A stretch of DNA of 35,377 bases from Octopus sinensis (lineage: Eukaryota). A program made the translations under genes and the position numbers. The number at the start of each line of letters is the position of its first letter. Position 1 is the stretch's first letter. This document shows positions 1 through 12,023 of this stretch, piece by piece. The stretch is taken from contig NW_021828100.1 of the NCBI RefSeq assembly GCF_006345805.1, positions 1-35,377 on the forward strand. Direction: 5' to 3'. Below the pieces are notes generated by a model. It was not told the DNA's origin, searched no databases, and saw nothing but the letters and a program-made list of their open reading frames with translations.

Positions 1-51
1 ATAATTTTCTCGACAATGTAGACTTTAATGAATGCTTTCGTTTAGAATAAC

Positions 52-500
52 TAATTGTGTTTGATTTTACAGATGGTTCACCTATTTGTTGTTCCAGGAC
101 ACTGGGTAAATAGTACCTAGTAAATAACTAATTAATAAGCAGCTTTCTTTATCATTGAATATTAAAATCTAAATCTCTGACCGAAACGTGTGTCCATAAT
201 TATGAATAACGAAGCAATTACGAAAAAAAAAAAAAAATGAAACAGAGAGAACATATTTTAATTTAGAATTTTTAGAGAATTTTCTAGACAACGTAGATTT
301 TAATGATTTCTTTTCTTTTAGTAAAAATTTATATCTTCGCTACTAACTGATAAGCTGCTTTCTTTATTATAACTAATTATGACATGGCATCATTATCTAT
401 TCCTATTTCCTAATGAACAGTGCGGTACTAGTTACCTAGTGTCCCTGGAACCGTTCATTACAACAAAAAGGTGAACCATCTGTAAAATCAAACACAATTA
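52..500. repeat. Inverted repeat (52-117 / 424-500), MITE-like
   Basis: TAATTGTGTTTGATTTTACAGATGGTTCACCT and its reverse complement, with further imperfect pairing. Confidence 0.7.
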
Positions 501-589
501 TTGGATTGAATATGTTAAAAGCACAAAATTTGAATGCAACATTTGATGCTGTGTTTCACTTGTTGAATACAGAAGAAAGTACTTTAATA

Positions 590-849
590 TTCTGCTGTGT
601 CAAGGAAGAGTCCTTTTGTTCTTGTGCCTTATAATTTAACACACTCACCGCTAAAATTTCCACTTATTTCTTATTTTTATTTTCCTGAAATTTTCGTTGC
701 GTCTTGCAACCTTTTCAATAGTCTTGACTCTGTTAAATTATAAGGCAAACAAAAAAAGAAAAGAAAATGGCTCTCCCCAGACACAACAGAATATGCTTCA
801 ACACACGAACTCACATAAAGAATCTTGCAAACCAAATCCAAAATCGAAA
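590..849. mobile_element. Palindrome-plus-tail element, copy 1 (right arm partly deleted)
   Basis: Same arm and tail sequence as 23872-24228; flanks TACTTTAATATT / TACTTCGATATT. Confidence 0.8.
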
Positions 850-871
850 TACTTCGATATTTTTCTGTAGT

Positions 872-1281
872 AAGGCGGCGACCTGGTAGAAACGTTAGCA
901 CGCCGGGTAAAATGCTTAGAGGTATTTCGTCTGCCGCTACGTTCTGAGTTCAAATTCCGCCGAGGTCGACTTTGCCTTTCATCCTTTCGGGGGTCTATAA
1001 ACTAAGTACCAGTTACACACTGGGTTGATGTAATCGACTTAATCCGTTTGTCTGTCCTTGTTTGTCCTCTCTGTGTTTAGCCCCCTGTGGGTAGTAAAGA
1101 AATAGGTATTTCGTTTGCCACTACGTTCTGAGTTCAAATTCCGCCGAGGTCGACTTTCCTTTCGGGGGTCGATTAATTAAGTACCAGTTACGCACTGAGG
1201 TCGATATAATCGACTTAATCCGTTTGTCTGTCCTGGTTCGTCCCCTCTGTCTGTATCCCCCTGTGGGCAGTAAAGAAATAA
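872..1281 (+). mobile_element. tRNA-derived SINE family A, full copy plus tandem partial copy
   Basis: AAGGCGGCGA(G/C)CTGG head, B box GAGTTCAAATT, core CTTTCATCCTTTCGGGGTC..TAAGTACCAGTT repeated many times in window. Confidence 0.9.
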
Positions 1282-1407
1282 GATAGATAGGCAGACATTC
1301 AGACGGACGGACGGACGGACGCACAGACGAACAGACGGACGGACGGGCGGACAGATAGACAGACGGACGAACAGAAAGACGTACAGGCAGACAGTCAAGC
1401 AGTCAGG

Positions 1408-1463
1408 CACTGAATTTTCATATCGCGACTCTCGAGTTCCACGCCACTGCATTCTTCAGGCGT
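1408..1463 (-). ncRNA. Degenerate hammerhead-like motif
   Basis: CUGAAGA-AUGCAGUGGC...GUCGCGAUAU-GAAAAUUC; stem II partly paired, stem I weak; lies at the end of a unique-looking segment 1465-1890. Confidence 0.35.
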
Positions 1464-1938
1464 AAATCGTTCAAGTGTTCCCATGTTCTAACTGGGTTTT
1501 GTTGATATATTCATGCTTGCTGGTGTGATTGTGGTTTTATATTTATATTTATAAGTTAACATTTTCCTTTTGCTAAACGCCAGCGATTTTCTGCTTCGGT
1601 TATTTTGTGATGAACGGAGTGTTTTTAATTCGTTTATGAAGTTGTTGATCTACTTCAGGCTGTACTTTTGTTAAGTTTGTTTCGGTATGTTTTCGGGCAC
1701 CTGTAATGGTTTTGTGTTTGCAAATTCTGTCAGGATATTTTTGAAGATGGTTATAAAACCAATTAAGGATAGGATTATTCGTTATAAAAAGATATTCCAT
1801 GGCTGAGTGGCTTATGATTTCTGCGTGATTTTCGGAAAAGTATCTTATTTATTTCAATGGGAATGTGTTTTGAGGGTGTGTTTAGAATGTATGTATGTGC
1901 GCGTGGTTATATATCTGTATGTGTGTGTGCGTGTGCAT

Positions 1939-2020
1939 GTGTACCAGTTGCGTACTGGGGTCGATCTAATCAACTGGCCCCTTTCCCCAAATTTCAGGCC
2001 TTATACCTAGAGTAGAAACG
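1939..2020 (+). mobile_element. SINE family A 3' fragment (alternative tail)
   Basis: GTACCAGTTGCGTACTGGGGTCGATCTAATC...AAATTTCAGGCCTTA, same as 32551-32615. Confidence 0.7.
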
Positions 2021-2280
2021 AATATTTTGCTGTAGTTTGGTTTATTTATAGTTATATCAATAATTACAATTATAGTCTAACACATTTACATTAGCAGGTG
2101 TGATGTAACTGAATGGTTAATTAATTTACTTCATAATCACGACGTTTCGGGATCGATCCCACTCTGTGACCTATTGGGTCGATGAGATCTTTCTCTTGCA
2201 GTTATGGGCAAACAGCGGGCCCGCTGGACTTTGAATGGCGTGACCACGAAAAATCGCCTTGACTTTATTTAGTCCTACAG

Positions 2281-2589
2281 CGTGACACCTTGAGCAAGTG
2301 TTTTCTACTATAGTTTCGGGAAGACCAAAGCCTTGTGAGTGGATTTGGTAGACGCAGTCTGAAAAAAGCCCGTCGTATATATTATATGCGTGTATATATC
2401 TATCTGTATGTGTCTCTATGTTTGTGTTTGACTTCCACTACTGCTTGACAACCGGTGCTTGTGTGTTTACGTCCCCAGGTAAAATAAGGACTAGGCTTAC
2501 AAAGAAGAGGTCTTGGGGTCGATTTCTTTGACTAAAACCCAGCATGGCCGCAGTTAAATGACTGAAACAAGCAAAAGAATAAAAGAATT
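2281..2589 (+). mobile_element. SINE family B, 5'-disrupted copy
   Basis: Core, microsatellite and tail match; a degenerate head lies at about 2095-2200. Confidence 0.75.
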
Positions 2590-2892
2590 CATATGTAAAA
2601 TTAAGGTAGCGGAGGAAGCGATTGTCCGAAAAGTAGAGGTCGGGGTTCCTCGGTGCATTATGGAAACCATATAAAGGTTCTGCAGCAAATAAAATGCAGG
2701 GGCCTGCTGTCAGCCCTTTAGCATTTAAACCAACCATATCCAGCCCAAATATTCTGTTTTGTAATCAAACAGGTCAGAACCGGCCTCTCACACCTACCTT
2801 ACATAAACAATCATATTGAAATCTCGAAGCTACGAGATTTAGTTCATGTTAATTCTTAACAATATGAATAAATAAGCAATACATTTGATAGG

Positions 2893-3168
2893 TGGAGGCG
2901 CAATGGCCCAGTAGTAGGATCGCGGTTTCGATTCCCAGACAGTGTGTAGTGAGTGTTTATTGAGCGAAAATACCTAAAGCTCCACGAGGCTCCGACAGGA
3001 GGTGGTGGCGATCCCTGCTGTACTCTTTCGCCCCAACTTTTTCTCACTCTTTCTTCAGTAGGCCTGCTCGCGGGGTGGCGTCATTTGAAGGCTAAAACAA
3101 TGCGAAGCGCATTGTGACTAGCGATGTGTAGCAACATTTGATAGCCTGGTCGGTCACGTGATCACGTG
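2893..3168 (+). mobile_element. SINE with family C head and a different tail, 12-bp TSD
   Basis: TSD ACATTTGATAGG at 2881-2892 and 3169-3180; tail recurs alone at 34588-34701. Confidence 0.85.
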
Positions 3169-3219
3169 ACATTTGATAGGGTAACCTGCATGCTTAAGAG
3201 TTGGCTACTCCAAATATTC

Positions 3220-3492
3220 GGATCTTTTCACTTTGACCGGCAGATTTTAAAAATAATTTCTTTGTAACTAAACACAAAATACGGCAGATATTGTATTCAC
3301 CTCAATAGACGTCATTGATTGGTTGAAATTGCCGAAATGCAAGAAATTAAACAACAAATAGCTTACAAACTACAGAATTTTCTCAAGAAAGCCAACAGAA
3401 AAAGATGTTTTATGTAACAGTATACGAAGTTTAAAAGTGTTTAGTTACAAAGAAATTATTTTAAAAATCTGCCGGTCAAAGTGAAAAGATCC
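3220..3492. mobile_element. MITE with GGATCTTTTC TIRs and 8-9 bp TSD (Merlin-like)
   Basis: About 55-bp TIRs; (C)AAATATTC on both sides. Confidence 0.85.
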
Positions 3493-3972
3493 AAATATTC
3501 TACCTGTTATGCATTCAAAGCAGCCAGATCCAGTCTCTCACACCTACTCTAAGAAGTAATTCTTAACATAAGCAATCACATAATCGAAATTTCAAAGCTG
3601 CGAGCTTTAAGGCATGTTAGTTCAAAACAAAGACAATGAACTGCATTGCGTTGGCGCAATAATCTAAATGCTAACACATAGTTATCAGTAAATTTAGATT
3701 ATCAGGAATGCTTTTTTCTTGAATTTTTTGTTTATAAAACACACCTTGAAAAGGTAATACTGCATATGACGAAACAGATAAGTTTGTAACAAATGTAAGC
3801 TAATTCATCGAGTACAGTTCATTATAAGAATGTAGTAAACTTAAACATCGCTTTGCCGAATAAATGCCATATCAGTGAATGGTGTATGCAGTTTATAGAA
3901 CGAAGAACTTCCTCAATGTCATAGCGAGTACGCAAATTGTGGGCTTTTTTTTTTTTGAACGGGATGATTATA

Positions 3973-4425
3973 TATGTTTCTTTATTACCCACAAGGGGAT
4001 AAACGCAGAGGGGACAAGCAAGGACGGATAAAGGGATTAAGTCGATTACGTCGACCCCAGTGCGTAACTGGTACTTAATTTATCGACCCCAAAAGGATGA
4101 AAGGCAAAGTCGACTTCGGCGGAATTTGAACTCAGAACGTAACAGCAGACGAAATACGGCTACGCGTTTCGTCCGGCGTGCTAACGTTTCTTATTTCTTT
4201 ATTGCCCACAAGGGGCTAAACATAGAGGGGACAAACAAGGACGGGCAAACGAATTAAGTCGTTTACATCGACCCCAGTGCGTAACTGGTACTTAATCTAT
4301 CGACCCCGAAAGGATGAAAGGCAAAGTCGACCTCGGCGGAATTCGAACTCAGAACGTAACAGCAGACGAAATACGGCTACGCGTTTCGCCCGGCGTGCTA
4401 ATGTTTCTGCCAGCTCGCCGCCTTT
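3973..4425 (-). mobile_element. SINE family A tandem dimer with 12-bp TSD
   Basis: Two head-to-tail copies; GGGATGATTATA at 3961-3972 and 4426-4437. Confidence 0.9.
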
Positions 4426-4599
4426 GGGATGATTATAGAGCCAATAGCTTCGTTCTAAATTTTTAATATCCAAATATAATGCGCAAACGGGCCTCTTCTC
4501 CGGTATCAAGAAATCCGGGAATACTGTGCTGTACCGTACTATTTTTTGTACCCTGTATTGAGTAAACGGACCCTGTTTTTGAAGTTGGTTAATTTGCAT

Positions 4600-4910
4600 G
4601 TTTCTTGTTTGTTCCTTCTCGCGAGCCACGCCTGGGTCATAAGGGCCGGTTTCCCGGTTTCCTTGGCGTATAGGTTCCCCACCCGGACGAGACGCCGGTC
4701 CGTCGCAGGTGAGCTGCAAGATGCAGGAGGAAAGAGTGAGAGAAAGTCGCGGCGAAAGAGTCAGCAGAAGTTCGCCATTACCTTCTGCCGGAGCCGCGTG
4801 GAGCTTAGGAGTTCCGCTCATAAACACACACATCGCCCGGTCTGAGATTCGAGCCCGCGATCCCTCGACCGCGAGTCCGCTGCTCTAACCACTAGGCCAT
4901 GTGCCTCCAC
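4600..4910 (-). mobile_element. tRNA-derived SINE family C with 13-bp TSD
   Basis: Head GTGGAGGCACATGGCCTAGTGGTTAG; TSD GGTTAATTTGCAT at 4587-4599 and 4911-4923. Confidence 0.9.
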
Positions 4911-5367
4911 GGTTAATTTGCATACGGTGTGTTAAAAATAGTTTTTCTCTTTACTTTTTTTACGCGGATTTTTTTACTCATTTTAGTCATTAGACTGCGG
5001 CCATGCTGTGACACCACCTTGAACGTTTAGTAAAATAAATCGATCCCAGTACTTGTTTTTTTTTTTAAACAGACCTTGCTTTAGAATTGTATTGATTTGT
5101 ACCTGTATATGTTAAATAAAACCTTGTTCTTTACTTTTCTTCATTTAATTTTCATCCTATAAATATTTTATGGGACACTGCGATATGCTAAAAAAAATTT
5201 AATGGATTAATAATTAACAGACACTACTTTAGAATTGTATTGATTTGAATCTGTTAAATACAATTTAGCTCTTTTGTTTTCACAGTTTATTTTATATTTT
5301 AAATATATATATATTTAGGCTGTTTCTAGAAAACCGGAAAATCCAGAAATCCGGGTCGATAATGATT

Positions 5368-5590
5368 CGGTGATGTGGTGAGATCGTTACCGTGTCGGAC
5401 AATATGCTTAGCAGCATGTTTTCTGGGTTTTGTTAAGTTCTGAGTTCAAAACCGTGGCGAGGTCGACTTGGCTTGTCATCACCATTTTTGGGGCCGATAA
5501 GATAAGAACCACCTAAGCACTGGGGTTGAAAAAAATTGACTCATTCCCTCTCCTAAAAATTGAGGCCTTGAACCAAAATCAGAAAGAATT
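5368..5590 (+). mobile_element. Diverged SINE family A copy
   Basis: GTTCTGAGTTCAAA, GAGGTCGACTT, GCACTGGGGTTGA landmarks. Confidence 0.7.
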
Positions 5591-5877
5591 AAAACAATAT
5601 AAAAAGCAAAATTTTTACGATTAAGTAAGAGCAAAACTAATTACCTTTTTATCCACAAAATTCTTCGACTTTCTTGGTGGGATGCGTATGTGTGCGTGCA
5701 TGTGTGTGTGTTTGTTTGTTTGTGTGTGTGTGTGTGAGAGAGAGAGAGAGTGTGTGCGTGTGCTATTTAAGCAATTTTCTTTGTTTTTAGATTAAAATCT
5801 ACTCCAGTTGGAGATACCATTGCGTTGCATTAGGCAGGAATACACCTTTAAAATGAAGAATTCAAAGATAAAAGTTG

Positions 5878-5958
<81 letters not shown>

Positions 5959-6205
5959 CTAGATAAATAAGTAAATAGATATAGAGGGGATTACAAACAA
6001 AACAAAAATAGATAAAATAACAACCAAAGACTGATTTTTCTGAGTAAAAATCAAATTCAACAAAAAGTTTATCTACAGATGATGCCCCCCCACTCACCCT
6101 TCACAGTTTATCAGTCTTTTTTGGTTTGTTTTTTGTCATTTTCTCTTTCTAATTCCATAGACACACATGTAACTACTCCCTACCTCCCTACCGCCCTACC
6201 TTTCC

Positions 6206-6585
6206 TACATACATAGCTACATACATACATACATACATACATACATACATACATACATACATACATACATACATACATACATACATACATACATACATGC
6301 ATGCATACATACATACCCACATGCATACATACATATATACATGCATACACACATACATACCTACATACATACCTACATGCATACATACATACATACATAC
6401 ATGCATACATGCATGCATGCATACAACAATACCTACATGCATACATACATACCTACATGCATACATACATACCTACATGCGTGCATACATGCATACATAC
6501 ATACATACATGCATACATGCATACATACATACATACATACATACATACATACATACATACATACATACATACATACATACGTACA
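6206..6585. repeat. (TACA)n microsatellite
   Basis: Direct reading. Confidence 0.95.
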
Positions 6586-6729
6586 TCCACGCTGCCATCT
6601 CGGAGTTTTAGCATGGCTACCGAATAATTGTCCCATATTACATTTACAGATAAATTCCTCTATTTACATAATATCGAGGTCTCTTTCATTCTTTTGTTGT
6701 CTTACCATTACTATCAATATATACATATA

Positions 6730-6904
6730 GGCGCAGGAGTGGCTGTGTGGTAAGTAGCTTGCTTACCAACCACACTGTTCCGGGTTCAGTCCCACTGCGT
6801 GGCACCTTGGGCAAGTGTCTTCTACTATAGCCTCGGGCCGACCAAAGCTTGTGAGTAGTTGGTAGAGGGAAATTGAAAGAAGCCTGTCGTATATATATGT
6901 GTAT

Positions 6905-6969
<65 letters not shown>

Positions 6970-6979
6970 TATAATTATA

Positions 6980-7026
<47 letters not shown>

Positions 7027-7214
7027 TGTGTGCGTGTTTGTGGTCTGTGTTTGTCCCCCCAACATCGCTTGACAACCGTTACTTGGCGGTTCGGCAAAAG
7101 AAAACCGATAGAATAAGTACTAAGCTTACAAAGAATAAGTCCTTTGCTCGACAAAAGGCGGTGCTCCAGCATGGCCGCAGTCAAATGACTGAAAGAAGTA
7201 AAAGATAAAAGAGT
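6730..7214 (+). mobile_element. tRNA-derived SINE family B: head + (TA)n(TG)n + conserved tail
   Basis: GGCGCAGGAGTGGCTGTGTGGTAAG head, GGGTTCAGTCCC box, CCTTGGGCAAGTG core; tail CAGCATGGCCGCAGTCAAATGACTGAAA. Confidence 0.88.
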
Positions 7215-7705
7215 AAATATATATATAATATATATATATATTATATATATATATATATAATATATATATATTATATATCTATATAATATATATATATATA
7301 TTAGACGTATATACATATCTATATATACACAAACTACATATATGTACATACATACATACGTACGTACATGCATTCATACGTACATGCATACATAAAGCGA
7401 CATATTTACATGGCTGTCAGATTGTTATTCTCAAGATATATTGATAAGTGACAATAAACTCTATTGATCACTGAGATATCCTTTAGAAAATGCTCAACAT
7501 TTCCTGTTTTCTCTTGACTTAACGCGACATTTAACTTCACCAACGTATACATCACTTTTAAACATTGTCTCTGTGCGAGTATTTGCTGTCGATCCTGTTT
7601 TCCGATGGAAGTAGGGTGAGAATGAATCGACAGAAAAAGAGAATGTAGTTAGATAAATTAGCTGCCAGCTGTGTTGTATTGAACACATGCCTCAATTTAA
7701 TTTAC

Positions 7706-7783
<78 letters not shown>

Positions 7784-8158
7784 TATACATACACAAATAT
7801 GAAAAAACAAAGAACAAACACAAAGGAACAATCAAATCGATAATACCACAGCAGACAGGTGTCCTCTCTTACACACGACTAACACTGCAAAAATGTTTTC
7901 TGTGTGTGTGTGATGAGGGATAGAAGACAGTAGAATCGTTATTGATCGGTACAATTATTTCGACCCATCTAGCATCGATCCCTCGCGAGTGGGATACTGA
8001 ACATCTGGTTTAGGCGTATCCCTGGGTGTGGATGATTTAAAAGAAATTTAAATTTTCTAAGCGATCACTGTAAACCTACATTTGGGCCACCCTGTATATA
8101 CATATATTATATATATATATATATATTATATATATATATATATAATTATATATATATA

Positions 8159-8451
8159 AATATTAGGGAATAAATCCAAACTTACAGGGAAAAATCAGAT
8201 TTAGGATTGGATCCAATTTATAGTAAAATATTATATTATATAATTAGAGACAAAACCACTATTATGCAAATCAAACAAAGAAAGACTTAATCCTATACAT
8301 AAATTAATTTATGTATAGGATTAAGTCTTTCTTTGTTTGATTTGCATAATAGTGGTTTTGTCTCTAATTTATAAATATAATTTTTACTATAAATTGGATC
8401 CAATCCTAAATCTGATTTTTCCCTGTAAGTTTGGATTTATTCCCTAATATT
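8159..8451. repeat. Near-perfect spacerless palindrome (about 146-bp arms)
   Basis: Centre AAATT|AATTT at 8305/8306; diverged single arm at about 34763-34895 and a short related piece near 26115-26137. Confidence 0.92.
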
Positions 8452-8511
8452 TATTATATATATATATATATATATTATAATATATATCTATATATATATA
8501 TATATATATAT

Positions 8512-8742
8512 ATTCTTTTTATTCTTTCTTTTACTTGTTTCAGTCATTTGACTGCGGCCATGCTGGAGCACCGCCTTTATCGAGCAACTCGACCCCGGGA
8601 CTTATTCTTTTATAAGCCCAGTACTTATTCTATCGGTCTCTTTTGCCGAACCGCTAAGTGACGGGGACGTAAACACACCAGCATCGGTTGTCAAGCAATG
8701 CTAGAGGGACAAACACAGACACACAAACATATACACACACAC

Positions 8743-8788
<46 letters not shown>

Positions 8789-8792
8789 CTAT

Positions 8793-8835
<43 letters not shown>

Positions 8836-9001
8836 TACGACAGGCTTCTTTCAGTTTCCGTCTCTACCAAATCCATCACAAAGCATTGGTCGACCCGGGG
8901 CTATAGCAGAAGACACTTGCCCAAGATGCCAGGCAGTGGGACTGAACCCGGAACCATATGGTTGGTTAGCAAGCTACTTACCACACAACCACTCCTGCGC
9001 C
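8512..9001 (-). mobile_element. SINE family B, full composite copy
   Basis: Reverse complement match to 6730-7214. Confidence 0.88.
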
Positions 9002-9255
9002 TAAATACATACATACATACATCATACATATATACATACCTACATACATACATACGAGAGGTGGTATCAAAAAGTTCGAGCTGTGTCGGCCTTTGCCCTT
9101 CCATTAGATAACATCAGTGGCATGGAAAGGGGAGGGTGGTGTGCATGGGCGACTGCTGGCCTTGCATAAACAACCTTGCTCGGACTTGTGCCTTGGAGGG
9201 GAACTTTCTATGTGCAATTTCACGGTAATTCATGACCAAAGGGAGTCTTTACGCT

Positions 9256-9445
9256 ACCCGACACACACGTCTCCAGGAACTTAGAACCACACTCACAAAT
9301 AGAAACTACCCACAGCCCCTAATAGACAGTGCAATCCAAAGGGCACTTAAATTAAGTATAGAAGACCTGAGACAAACAAAACCAAAAAAGAAAGAACAAT
9401 TAAAAACCCTTCACTACATCTCTACACACAACCCACTCAACAATG
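9256..9445 (+). mobile_element. Penelope-like element RT thumb/linker fragment
   Basis: TRLQELRTTLTNRNYPQPLIDSAIQRALK...LHYISTHNP matches the L..L..RxYP..LI...I.RA...(P)Y/FVSTHNP region between PLE RT and GIY-YIG. Confidence 0.7.
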
Positions 9446-9566
9446 ATCGATGCTAGATGTTTCGAAACATCTAGCATCGGTCTTCGATGCAGGATTCCCT
9501 CTACAAACAATATATATAACGTTTTTCACAGTAACCACTGTCACTGATGTAGAAAAACTGTCTGAA

Positions 9567-9922
9567 AACAATAATAAATCTCTGAACGAGATATAAACAG
9601 TAACTGCTCGACAACGTAAGGGGTATCAGCCATCTGAATGTGGCTAGGGAATCCTTCATCGAAGACCGGTGCTTACCATACGTTGACCTCGAAACTAGTC
9701 CGTATGTAGTACCCGGATCTTCGAGGGAGGATGACCTCCCTTTACAAACAAACAAGGACACTGAGATAGTGTCAGTCCTTCTGGTGACGTTGATCGCCTG
9801 GGGCTAAAAGCATCAGTAACAACCCACCACCCCGCCCAGTCCCTAGCCACATTCAGATGGCTGATACCCCTTACGTTGTCGAGCAGTTACTGTTTATATT
9901 TCGTTCAGAGATTTATTATTGT

Positions 9923-9923
<1 letters not shown>
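9567..9923. repeat. Inverted repeat, 84-bp arms (9567-9650 / 9840-9923), probable PLE inverted pseudo-LTR
   Basis: Arms are reverse complements with one mismatch seen; spacer holds hairpins and a deleted hammerhead. Confidence 0.85.
9677..9706 (+). ncRNA. Internally deleted hammerhead motif
   Basis: Perfect stem I CAUACG/CGUAUG enclosing UUGAC..CUC-GAAAC-UA-GUC; the GA and 5' arm of stem II are missing. Confidence 0.45.
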
Positions 9924-9981
<58 letters not shown>

Positions 9982-9991
9982 ATATTCTTTG

Positions 9992-10093
9992 TTCTTCTTT
10001 CAGTTTCCGTCAACCAAATCCACTCACAAGGCTTTGGTCGGCCCGAGGCTACAGTAGAAGACACTTGCCCAAGGTGCCACGCAGTGGGACTGA
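9992..10093 (-). mobile_element. SINE family B fragment
   Basis: Reverse complement of the core. Confidence 0.8.
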
Positions 10094-10094
10094 A

Positions 10095-10723
10095 TTGTAT
10101 GTATACAATTTAAAAAACAACAAAATTATAACGGACAAAATAATTAATAAATGGTAAGCATTTCCAGTAGAAGGATCTTTTCCTATAACAAATGGCTCAG
10201 ATTCTCTAATTTCAGAATTTTCTACGTGTTCATCACCAGTCACTTCCACCGGCATTTCATTTGGAGTCTCTTCAAGGAAGACTTGTTTAGTATTCTCAAT
10301 CACAAAATGGCTTGTATTTTCTTTGTCCATTTTAACTTTCTTAGCAGTTGGTTCGTTTTCAATTTCAATAGATATTATCTGCTTACGTTTGAAATCTTTT
10401 GGCATAACTCACTTTAAAAGTATCGTTAATACTTTTTCATTTTTTTCTTCTAACGAGAATTATTTTTTGCCCCAGATTGAATTATCAAATCCTTCGCACG
10501 GACTTATTATCATTATTATTACTATTATTATTATGTTTTTTCCTTCTTTCTTCAAATTCTCTTCCGTTTCTCGCCGAGTGTTTTCCGTACACCTAGGGTA
10601 GAGAAGCTCATTGTATGCATTCCCAGATTACACGCGCATATTCACAGATAAAATATGTATTTAAAAATTAATATAAAAATTAATAAATAAATAAATTCAT
10701 GGATGGATGTTGTTTTCACAGCG

Positions 10724-10798
<75 letters not shown>

Positions 10799-11047
10799 TC
10801 TTTCTTCAAATTTTCTTCCGTTTCTCGCCGAGTATTTTCCGTACACCGAGAAACGGAAGAAAATTCCACACAGAACCATAGTTTTTTTTTTTTTCAAAAT
10901 GTCTACATTATTACTGGTAGCGCTACTACATATAGCGACCTGACTAATAAATCCTTCGAACGGACTTATCATTTTTTTCATCCACACAGAACTATTTTTC
11001 ACCGTGTGTAGTTCAGTTCTGTGTAAAGTTCCAATTTTATCAGACAT
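10095..11047 (-). pseudogene. Orphan ORF (about 165 codons, two stops) interrupted by a 441-bp TSD-flanked insertion
   Basis: 21-bp direct repeat at 10487-10507 and 10949-10969; excision joins MSDKIGTLH...ISPFEGF in frame to DNSIWGKK*...VMPKDFKRK...IGKDPSTGNAYHL. Confidence 0.5.
10723..10797. repeat. (ATT)n microsatellite
   Basis: Direct reading. Confidence 0.95.
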
Positions 11048-11222
11048 TTTTTCTTCCGGATCTTTTTTTTACATATTTCTTTCTCTTGCGTACAAGAAGT
11101 GGAATGCTCCCTCCTCCCTCCTCCACGCCATCAGTTATAAACCGAAAATCATTATCGCGCCATTACCAATAAGATTACTCATTTTAGTGGCGAAACACCA
11201 AAACCGTTTGGACGAGAGAACG

Positions 11223-11268
<46 letters not shown>

Positions 11269-11340
11269 CATACATACATCATACATACATTCATACATAC
11301 ATATACATACATACACACACACATTCACACACACACACAC

Positions 11341-11387
<47 letters not shown>

Positions 11388-11389
<2 letters not shown>

Positions 11390-11429
11390 TAGCATTAAAG
11401 ACCCGTCGTTGCCGGGTCATAGTGCTAGT
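11388..11429 (+). mobile_element. Helitron-like terminal hairpin
   Basis: ACTAGCA..GACCCG-loop-CGGGTC..TGCTAGT, similar to start of 25403 element. Confidence 0.45.
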
Positions 11430-12023
11430 GCATGTATATATGTATATATATATATGTGTACATATTACATGTACATCTATATATATATACATCTACACAT
11501 AAAATACAAAATACAAAGTTATATCTTGATATGGCTAGTGATAACAATACTCAAAATATATAACAGACTGGAATTGTTAGCCCGTCTCTTGTAATTTCGA
11601 TCAATTGTATCTTGTCCTCCCTCTTGTATAGAAGTGTGGCTACAATCCGACGGCTGCAGCGAAATTCATTTTGGGACTTTCTTCTATCGAAGACATTTTA
11701 ACAAAAATACTTCCGTGTAAACGGTGAAAATATTGTCAATTTCCCCAAACAGGGACACAATTCAAAGGGGGAGGGTTACATTTTACAATTATTTAACAAA
11801 TGCAACACAACAACGCTTCCCTTACGAGGAACCAACAAACGTGATAACAATAGTTAAACAGAAATAATAATAACAATAAACCTTACTGTAAACCAAAAAG
11901 CAGTACTCTGTTGAAGCTATAGGCCTTTATGGATCAGAAATAAACTAACAGCGGTACTCAGTAGAATGCTTAATGCTAGCTAATTAGCAAATAATCTAAT
12001 GTAAAAGCCGTGCACACCTCCAT

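Noticed and set aside
4297-4845. 178-aa and 99-aa ORFs
   Set aside because: Span two SINEs and spacer; no protein signature.
5791-6097. Isolated splice-like signals (acceptor at 5790 plus, donor at 6096 minus)
   Set aside because: No coherent reading frame or exon chain.
6180-7373. Many YI/HT/MYVC-rich ORFs (also 11004-13616, 27667-28479)
   Set aside because: Translations of microsatellites and SINEs.
7494-7600. DVYVGE peptide as GIY-YIG motif or possible exon
   Set aside because: Too short; no supporting motifs or partner exon.
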